A stretch of 26,163 bases of DNA from Macrostomum lignano (lineage: Eukaryota), in NCBI GenBank assembly GCA_002269645.1, contig NIVC01001631.1, forward strand, positions 1-26,163. Reading direction: 5' to 3'. Below the pieces are notes generated by a model. It did no database searches and was not told the DNA's origin. It saw only the letters and a list, made by a program, of their open reading frames with translations. Position numbers and translations under genes: made by a program. Position 1 is the first letter of the stretch, and each line of letters begins with the position of its first letter. Of this stretch, positions 12,101-19,433 are shown one piece after another.

Positions 12101-15100
12101 GTAGACGTTTAATATACAATGAGTGGGCAATCATTAGACAGTTAGGTAGACCGTCTCGTAGACAGTTAAATAGTCGCAGTTCAGTAGGCAATTTTGGTAG
12201 ACAGTCTGGTAGCCAATCGTGTAGGCGATAGGTAGGCATCAGGGTCGGGTAAGAAGTGAAAGGTTGGGTAAATAGGTAGACAGTTGTGTAGACAGTGGGG
12301 TAGACAGTTGGGTAGACAGTTGGTTAGACAGTGGGGTAGACAGTTGGGTAGACAGTCGGGTAGGCAGTTGGGTAGACAGTTGGGTAGACAGTCGGGTGGA
12401 CAGTCGGGTAGACAGTTGGGTAGGCAGTTGGGTAAGCAGTCCTGTCGCTAACAAAGCATTTCCTGTGCCCGAATTCCAGACATATCAGGTGCTGGAAGCC
12501 ACTCTGAAGGTCATGTGGGACCGCAACTTTCACACCTACCCGGACATTATCGTCGACATCGAATGCCGGGTGCCCGAGAGCGGTGCCGGCTCGGAGGTCG
12601 GCCTGCCGGTGGGCGACCCGATGGCCAGTTTCACACCGGGTGAGAGCCGTGTCTAGGGGGTCGTATTGGCGCTCAGACAGGTCAGCAGGTACCTCAGACA
12701 GGTCAGCAGGTACCTCAGACAGGTCAGCAGGTACCTCAGACAGGTCAGCAGGTACCTCAGACAGGTCAGCAGGTACCTCAGACAGGTCAGCAGGTACCTC
12801 AGACAGGTCAGCAGGTACCTCAGACAGGTCAGCAGGTACCTCAGACAGGTCAGCAGGTACCTCAGACAGGTCAGCAGGTACCTCAGACAGGTCAGCAGGT
12901 ACCTCAGACAGGTCAGCAGGTACCTCAGACAGGTCAGCAGGTACCTCAGACAGGTCAGCAGGTACCTCAGACAGGTCAGCAGGTACCTCAGACGGGTCAG
13001 CAGGTACCTCAGACAGGTCAGCAGGTACCTCAGACGGGTCAACAGGTACCTTAGACAGATCAGCAGGTACCTCAGACAGGTCAGCAGGTACCTCAGACAG
13101 GTCAGCAGGTACCTCAGACAGGTCAGCAGGTACCTCAGACAGGTCAGCAGGTACCTCAGACGGGTCAGCAGGTACCTCAGACAGGTCAGCAGGTACCTCA
13201 GACGGGTCAGCAGGTACCTCAGACGGGTCAGCAGGTACCTCAGACAGGTCAGCAGGTACCTCAGACGGGTCAACAGGTACCTTAGACAGATCAGCAGGTA
13301 CCTCAGACAGGTCAGCAGGTACCTCAGACAGGTCAGCAGGTACCTGATACCGAACTTCACATCCAAGCGAGCTCGATTTGCTTCTGCACCCTCAGGAAGT
13401 CCGAGGACAGCCCGCTGCTGTCCCGGGGCCCGCTCTCCGGCCTGTCGCTGGACCTGAGGGTGCTGAACGAGTGGAACCGGATGATCGGAGAGGCGGACGA
13501 GAACGAAATTATTAAGCTGGACATCCTGCTGCATGACCGAACTGGTGAGTTCGCCTGTCTGGGTGGAAACTTATTACCAGCGAGTGCTGCAGCTCCAGAC
13601 TGCTCAGGTGACCTCTCGAGACGGGGGATAATAACAGGGTGCAAAGGAGTGCTGGAAATAATTATCTCCAAGTTCCTGCCATGCTCGTCGTTTGCTCATC
13701 CGGTCCGGTGCGCAAGCTGAGGCCCCAGCTTCCTTTTCATCCCAGCAAATTGCCGGCTTCCTCCGCTGCGTTTGCCTGGCATTCCTTCCGGGCTGCTGCA
13801 GTTTTGTGATTCTGTCCTTTGTCACTCTCTGCTGTCTGCCTGTCTGTCACTCTCCAGCTCCAGTTCTGTGATTCTGTCCTTTGTCACTCTCTGCTGTCTG
13901 CCTGTCTGTCGCTCTCCAGCTCCAGTTCTGTGATTCTGTCCTTTGTCACTCTCTGCTGTCTGCCTGTCTGTCGCTCTCCAGCTCCAGTTCTGTGATTCTG
14001 TCCTTTGTCACTCTCTGCTGTCTGCCTGTCTGTCGCTCTCCAGCTCCAGTTCTGTGATTCTGTCCTTTGTCACTCTCTGCTGTCTGCCTGTCTGTCACTC
14101 TCCAGCTCCAGTTCTGTGATTCTGTCCTTTGTCACTCTCTGCTGTCTGCCTGTCTGTCGCTCTCCAGCTCCAGTTCTGTGATTCTGTCCTTTGTCACTCT
14201 CTGCTGTCTGCCTGTCTGTCGCTCTCCAGCTCCAGTTCTGTGATTCTGTCCTTTGTCACTCTCTGCTGTCTGCCTGTCTGTCGCTCTCCAGCTCCAGTTC
14301 TGTGATTCTGTCCTTTGTCACTCTCTGCTGTCTGTCTGTCTGTCTGTCACTCTCCAGCTCCAGTTCTGTGATTCTGTCCTTTGTCACTCTCTGCTGTCTT
14401 TCTGTCTGTCTGTCTGTCGCTCTCCAGCTCCAGTACTGTGATTCTGTGATTCTGTGAAGCGGTAGTGTCTATCATTTTCCCACTACTGCCTGTCACTCTC
14501 CCACTACTGCCTGTCACTCTCCCACTACTGTCTGTCACTCTCTCACTACTGCCTGTCACTCTCCCACTACTGCCTGTCACTCTCCCACTACTGTCTGTCA
14601 CTCTCCCACTACTGTCTGTCACTCTCTCACTACTGCCTGTCACTCTCCCACTACTGTCTGTCACTCTCTCACTACTGTCTGTCACTCTCTCACTACTGCC
14701 TGTCACTCTCTCACTACTGCCTGTCACTCTCTCACTACTGCCTGTCACTCTCCCACTACTGTCTGTCACTCTCTCACTACTGCCTGTCACTCTCCCACTA
14801 CTGTCTGTCACTCTCTCACTACTGCCTGTCACTCTCCCACTACTGTCTGTCACTCTCTCACTACTGCCTGTCACTCTCGCTACTGTTTGTCACTCTCTCA
14901 CTACTGCCTGTCACTCTCCCACTACTGCCTGTCACTCTCCCACTACTGTCTGTCACTCTCCCACTACTGTCTGTCACTCTCTCACTACTGCCTGTCACTC
15001 TCCCACTACTGTCTGTCACTCTCTCACTACTGTCTGTCACTCTCTCACTACTGCCTGTCACTCTCTCACTACTGCCTGTCACTCTCTCACTACTGCCTGT

Positions 15101-17720
15101 CACTCTCCCACTACTGTCTGTCACTCTCTCACTACTGCCTGTCACTCTCCCACTACTGTCTGTCATTCTCTCACTACTGCCTGTCACTCTCCCACTACTG
15201 TCTGTCACTCTCTCACTACTGCCTGTCACTCTCGCTACTGTCTGTCACTCTCTCACTACTGCCTGTCACTCTCCCTACTGTTTGTCTGTTACTTTCCTGC
15301 TACAGTGCGTTAGGTCTGTCACTCCTGGTATACAACCTGTCATTCTAACTACTGTTATTACTGTATCTCTACGCTCTACCAAGCCGCATATCCAACAACC
15401 CCCGCAGGTGCCAAAGGCGATCGCGAGTACACAGGCCTTCTAATCCGCCAGTGCTTCGCCGCCAACAAGTCGGCGGCATCGGCTGATGACGGCCGGCCTT
15501 CCCGCCGAGGCGCCAACGGCCGCAGCGACAAACTGATCATCGGCTGCGGCGGGTAAGGAATGAATGGATACGACTTTTCATAGCAGTTATTTTTACCGAC
15601 AAGATGCAAACTGCTCTACTTACAGTAAAAATATTAGCAGTTTAGACGGCCAGTCCACTTACGCAAGACGTCCTTGGTTCTTTAATAACAAACTAACCCT
15701 AGCGGTCGCCGCCCGATTGCAGCGATCGAGTCCTGGACTCGGGCTTCACTGCCGACTTCCGCAGCACCCGGCCAAAGGGCGGCCTGCACATGCAGACCGG
15801 CGGGTTCCCGGCCTTCCGGTTGGGCAATTCGCCCAATCTCTACTTCCGGTGCACTGTCCGGGTGTGCCGGCATTCGGACGAGAAGCTGTGCGAACCGACC
15901 AGCTGCGCGTCGGACAAGATGGCCAAGCGGAGCCCGGACAGCAGTGTCTGGGATATCGAGACGGAGTCCCATGTGGTGGTGGCGCTCAAGCGGGACCAGA
16001 AATGGGCGCAGCCGCGTGAGTTGCTGCGGCTGGGGCAGGGCAGACGGAGCAGAGGGCGTATGGGGAAGGGCAGAGGGAGTATGGGGAAGGACAGAGGGAG
16101 CATGGGGAAGGACAGAGGGAGCATGGGGAAGGGCAGAGGGAGTATGGGGAAGGGCAGAGGGAGTATGGGGAAGGACAGAGGGAGCATGGGGAAGGGCAGA
16201 GGGAGTATGGGGAAGGGCAGAGGGAGTATGGGGAAGGACAGAGGGAGCATGGGGAAGGGCAGAGGGAGTATGGGGAAGGGCAGAGGGAGTATGGGGAAGG
16301 GCAGAGGGAGTATGGGGAAGGGCAGACGGAGCATGGGGAAGGGCAGAGGGAGTATGGGGAAGGGCAGAGGGAGCATGGGGAAGGGCAGAGGGAGTATGGG
16401 GAAGGACAGAGGGAGCATGGGGAAGGGCAGAGGGAGTATGGGGAAGGGCAGAGGGAGTATGGGGAAGGACAGAGGGAGCATGGGGAAGGGCAGAGGGAGT
16501 ATGGGGAAGGGCAGAGGGAGTATGGGGAAGGGCAGAGGGAGTATGGGGAAGGACAGAGGGAGCATGGGGAAGGGCAGAGGGAGTATGGGGAAGGGCAGAG
16601 GGAGCATGGGGAAGGACAGAGGGAGCATGGGGAAGGGCAGAGGGAGTATGGGGAAGGGCAGAGGGAGTATGGGGAAGGACAGAGGGAGCATGGGGAAGGG
16701 CAGAGGGAGTATGGGGAAGGGCAGAGGGAGTATGGGGAAGGACAGAGGGAGCATGGGGAAGGGCAGAGGGAGTATGGGGAAGGGCAGAGGGAGTATGGGG
16801 AAGGGCAGAGGGAGTATGGGGAAAGGCAGACGGAGCATGGGGAAGGGCAGAGGGAGTATGGGGAAGGGCAGAGGGAGCATGGGGAAGGGCAGAGGGAGTA
16901 TGGGGAAGGGCAGAGGGAGTATGGGGAAGGGCAGAGGGAGATTGGAGAGTGGGGAAGGTAGAGAGAGGAAACCTACAAACCTACAAAAAAGGTTAATAGT
17001 GGCATCTCATCCGAACCTGCAGAGTCGAGCTGCCAGGCCAGCATGTGCCTGAGCACCAGACAGGTGATCGTGATCATTCTCATCCTGCTGGTGCTGCTGG
17101 CCCTGGTCAGCGGCCTGGTCATCGTGGTCTACCGGCGCCGGCTGCTCATCTCGGCTCAGCGACGTCTTCGCCGAGTCAGCAGCTCCCAGGACGGCGGCCC
17201 GAGCTCCTCGGCAGCGATCGCAGCTTCAGCAGCTTGCCGAGGCGGCGGTGCCATCGGCGGCGTCATTGGCGGCAGCGAGGAGGACAACGATTTGGACGAT
17301 CTAGACGAAGACGTCGTAGGAACGCCGCAGCATCGGGGAGGCGACGCGGCTGGGGCGGCGGCGAAGACGATTGTGGATTACCCGGGCTCGCCGCCCAGCA
17401 GGCAGCAGCTGGCCCGCCTGGCCGCCTATTCGACCGTGTCCGGCTCCATGTTGGCGTCCCACTCACCCGTGTGCCGGTTTGTCGGCGAGCCGCCCGACGG
17501 TGGCATCGTTGGCGGCCCGGTCTCTATGACTCTGGACCGGAACGGCGGCAGCAACAGGCGGCAGGGCAGGCAGCAGCAGCTGCATCAGCAGCAGCACCAG
17601 AGGCTGCTGCAGTCGGCCGGGGCGGCGCAGGCGCTGCTGCTGGATAGCGGCAGGCCGGACTTGTGCACCTGCGATAGGCAGCTGCACAGCTCCTATTCCA
17701 TCGCCTCGTCGCAGGTGTGA
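1235..17720 (+). CDS. Spliced gene: ZP-domain single-pass membrane protein with N-terminal Cys-rich (EB/EGF-like) modules; 5' end lies outside the window
   Basis: Exons 1235-1369, 2412-2501, 4713-4843, 5549-5707, 8777-8950, 10783-11036, 12480-12639, 13396-13544, 15408-15552, 15723-16015, 17023-17720, all bounded by AG/GT. ZP-N signature: [12 protein letters not shown]...C...SACG...[13 protein letters not shown] signature: LLIRQCFA...[15 protein letters not shown]...[21 protein letters not shown]...CEPTSC. These are followed by a dibasic KR, a TM helix and a cytoplasmic tail. About 795 aa lie in the window, and two junctions need +1 nt (see findings). Confidence 0.85.
1439..2270. repeat. Minisatellite, 23 bp unit TCTGTAATGACTGTGTAAGCATG
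   Basis: About 36 near-identical copies in ZP intron 1. Confidence 0.95.
2412..2501 (+). CDS. ZP gene exon 2: first half of a CxxC...GxC(F/Y) module; probably one G missing near 2467
   Basis: cccccgcag|AG...GCCGA|gtgagt; reads [18 protein letters not shown] and then, after a one-base shift, [11 protein letters not shown]. Confidence 0.7.
3153..4626. repeat. Pyrimidine-rich minisatellite, 22 bp unit CTCTGCCCGCCTCTCTTCCCCT
   Basis: About 65 copies in ZP intron 2, with 506-bp higher-order periodicity. Confidence 0.95.
4713..4843 (+). CDS. ZP gene exon 3: second half of the Cys-rich module
   Basis: Strong pyrimidine tract ccctctcgcctccccgcccacttgcag| and donor |gtgagt at 4844; [43 protein letters not shown]; phase 2-1. 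An alternative phase-1 acceptor gives an exon start at 4658. Confidence 0.75.
5108..5442. repeat. Minisatellite, 17 bp unit GGGATTTGAGTATCTCT (array 1 of 2)
   Basis: In ZP intron 3; some units carry a 4-nt insertion (GATTTTCATGAGT). Confidence 0.95.
5549..5707 (+). CDS. ZP gene exon 4: 6-Cys EB-like module
   Basis: ttcttacaag|GC...TGCT|gtgagt, 159 nt, phase 1-1; [52 protein letters not shown]. Confidence 0.85.
5821..7214. repeat. Minisatellite, 20 bp unit GAACACTACAGACACAGTGA
   Basis: About 70 copies in perfect register with substitution variants only; ZP intron 4. Confidence 0.97.
7847..8721. repeat. Minisatellite, 17 bp unit GGGATTTGAGTATCTCT (array 2 of 2)
   Basis: About 50 more-diverged copies in ZP intron 4, ending about 55 nt before the exon 5 acceptor. 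Confidence 0.95.
8777..8950 (+). CDS. ZP gene exon 5: 6-Cys EGF-like module
   Basis: caactcag|TC...CACG|gtgagc, 174 nt, phase 1-1; [57 protein letters not shown]. Confidence 0.85.
9024..9902. repeat. Compound minisatellite: CACCTGACCAATTCTAATAACACCTTTGACCCAAAACACCTGA plus variable (CA)n
   Basis: About 15 units of roughly 55-70 bp; ZP intron 5. Confidence 0.95.
10468..10683. repeat. Degenerate minisatellite, 20-22 bp unit TTTACAGAATCAGACAGTCA
   Basis: About 10 copies in ZP intron 5. Confidence 0.9.
10783..11036 (+). CDS. ZP gene exon 6: start of ZP-N
   Basis: tctgtctcctcatcag|TG...CCG|gtaatg; [18 protein letters not shown]...VCRLHP...[14 protein letters not shown]; phase 1-0. Confidence 0.88.
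11058..12436. repeat. Minisatellite: 24 bp dimeric core GACAGTTTAGTAGACG(G/A)TTTGGTG (about 11155-12062) with degenerate 12 bp monomers at both flanks
   Basis: Fills ZP intron 6. Confidence 0.93.
12480..12639 (+). CDS. ZP gene exon 7: end of ZP-N and linker
   Basis: gaattccag|ACA...CCGG|gtgaga; [35 protein letters not shown]...; phase 0-1 as written. Confidence 0.8.
12672..13345. repeat. Minisatellite, 21 bp unit CTCAGACAGGTCAGCAGGTAC
   Basis: About 32 nearly identical copies filling ZP intron 7. Confidence 0.97.
13396..13544 (+). CDS. ZP gene exon 8: linker/IHP and start of ZP-C
   Basis: cttctgcaccctcag|G...ACTG|gtgagt; [49 protein letters not shown]; phase 2-1. Confidence 0.78.
13804..14455. 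repeat. Minisatellite, 62 bp pyrimidine-rich unit ending ...GCTCTCCAGCTCCAG
   Basis: About 10 copies (period 13861 to 13923); ZP intron 8. Confidence 0.95.
14480..15290. repeat. Minisatellite, 21 bp unit CACTACTGCCTGTCACTCTCC
   Basis: About 38 copies in ZP intron 8. Confidence 0.95.
15408..15552 (+). CDS. ZP gene exon 9: ZP-C
   Basis: acccccgcag|GT...GCGG|gtaagg; [21 protein letters not shown]...DKLIIGCG; phase 1-2. Confidence 0.85.
15723..16015 (+). CDS. ZP gene exon 10: end of ZP-C, dibasic site and EHP-like segment
   Basis: gattgcag|C...CCGC|gtgagt; DRVLDSGF...[62 protein letters not shown]; phase 2-1. Confidence 0.88.
16038..16941. repeat. G-rich minisatellite, 21 bp unit GGGGAAGGGCAGAGGGAGTAT
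   Basis: About 43 copies filling ZP intron 10, with three G3+ runs per unit. Confidence 0.97.
17023..17720 (+). CDS. ZP gene last exon: TM helix and cytoplasmic tail
   Basis: ccgaacctgcag|AG; in frame with ORF 17043-17720; [25 protein letters not shown] followed by RRR; TGA at 17718-17720. Confidence 0.9.
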
Positions 17721-17843
17721 AATGACATCTAACAAGCTAACCTACATGTAACTTGCACGGTACTTAGATGTAGATGAGGCGCATTGGCGTCTGGGCCTGC
17801 ATAAATTAAAATGGTGTATTGATTCCAGTTAATTTATTTAACT

Positions 17844-18300
17844 GGGGGGGGGGGGTTAGAGCGGCCAGTGTCTAAAAATAGCAAGCCTCAAACTCTACGT
17901 TGAATGTACAATAATGATAGCGCAAACATCACGTGACGACAGGGTACAGTGATGATCACGTGATGTCGTGTGTACACTACACTGATCGCTTAAAATAACG
18001 AATAGATTGAATTAGAGACACTGCGTGACTGCAAGTTAAGAGACGCTAATTCAACCCCTATCACAGGCCACATCAGGAGCCAGTCGCGTGGTTGGGGTGG
18101 GGGTAGAAGGCTAAGTGTCTAAAAATAGTGTCTCAGACCCTACGTTGAATGTACAATGGTGATAAGTGCAAACATCACGTGACGGTAGTCGGCAGGGAAG
18201 GTTTTTTATTTGATAAACCACGTGATCTGTGTGTACACAGACTGTTTTAATATTGAATAGGCCAAGTTGAAGACCGCCTCAGCCTAATTAAACCCAGGTA
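17844..18300. repeat. Diverged tandem duplication, period about 247 bp, each copy with two CACGTG
   Basis: GTGTCTAAAAATAG...CTACGTTGAATGTACAAT...GCAAACATCACGTGACG at 17868 and 18115. Confidence 0.85.
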
Positions 18301-18754
18301 CCGATATTAGTGTAATGAATAGTTCAATTTGCAGCTCTGATAATCCCAATGCGCACACCGAATTATCCCCCACTGCCACAGAGCGCTTCCCATGGCCTAA
18401 ACTCGGGCCAGATCTGTCCACACACGAATCTGCGCCTCATTCAAACCTGTTGTTACCTGTCACAACTGTCAATCAGCCTAATCATTCTCTTTATTGCTTT
18501 GCTAGTGCATATTTTATATGGCTACATGTAATTTTTTTACCATATGACACGTTAAACTATAGTAAACTTCTCAGCCGCGCCAATCCATTGAGTACATAGC
18601 TATAAATATTGTATATGATAAACAATATACACGGATTGAAGTTATTCCATTTCAAGAAGCCGATTCTGCATACGAAGCTCATTATGCAAGTCTATATCAT
18701 AAAAAACAATTAAACATAAATACAACGTGATACAGTTTACAGGTTGAAGACAAA

Positions 18755-18797
18755 TTTATTAATCAGATTTATAATCACAAAAATGTCAGCTTTTATT
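18755..18797 (-). promoter_or_regulatory. Candidate polyadenylation signals for ADCK1 (two AATAAA on the minus strand)
   Basis: TTTATT on the plus strand at 18755-18760 and 18792-18797, 310-355 nt past the ADCK1 stop in AT-rich sequence. Further copies at 18490 and 18205. Confidence 0.4.
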
Positions 18798-19109
18798 CGT
18801 GATCAATGGCCAGTTATCATCAGAGAATTCACCGTCAGCACCGGCAACTTAAGGATGAATATAGGCTGCTCAACTCTGCATCTCAGGTCTCTTCACAGTC
18901 AACAGAAAAATCTATTTTTATCAAGTCCTGCATCCTAATCGCACTACTGCTATTACCAAGACCAATTGCAGTAGACAGTTAGGAAAATATCACTATTTTA
19001 ATTAATTCTAAATTAACAATCAAAACAGATTTCAAATTAGCTACTGGATAAAAGTATGCGCAATCAATACTACTCATCACAAGTAGTCAAAAGACAGTAA
19101 AAATGCAAC

Positions 19110-19433
19110 TCAAGCGCTTTCAACGGAAGCAGCCGCTGCGGCCCAGAGGTCCCGGACGATGAGCAGCGCACGGATCAGGCAGAGCCGGCAGCGCAGGCGG
19201 AGCCAGTCGCGCCAGTCGGCGGCTGCCCAGCTGGCCTCGGCCAGGGTGCGCAGGCAGGCGTCCGTCAGCAGGGTGAAAGACAGGCCGGGCCCGAACCTCT
19301 GCCGGCCCGTCAGGCGGTGCTCGATGCCTCTGAGCAGGTCGTTGGCTTTGAATAGCAGCAGCATCTGCCGGGGCACCGACTCCAGCACCTGCGTCATCTG
19401 CGGCAGGAGGCGACCGGCCTCCGACTGAATGGA
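19110..19433 (-). CDS. ADCK1: ADCK1 last exon
   Basis: catcccacccag|TCC ATT CAG; SIQSEAGRLLPQMTQVLESVPRQMLLLFKANDLLRGIE...VESA*; stop at 19112-19110. Confidence 0.92.
   Translation of the reverse strand, partial: SIQSEAGRLLPQMTQVLESVPRQMLLLFKANDLLRGIEHRLTGRQRFGPGLSFTLLTDACLRTLAEASWAAADWRDWLRLRCRLCLIRALLIVRDLWAAAAASVESA

Noticed and set aside
11030-15348. ORFs such as (LVDS)n, (STKL)n, (RQVSRYL)n, (SDRSAGT)n, (VTLSLLP)n
   Set aside because: Products of 12/24 bp and 21 bp (3n) minisatellites within introns of the ZP gene.
17825-17845. Hairpin CCAGTTAA-tttat-TTAACTGG followed by a G-run, about 100 nt after the ZP stop
   Set aside because: An 8-bp AT-rich stem can arise by chance. It is not a bacterial terminator context and does not match the histone stem-loop.
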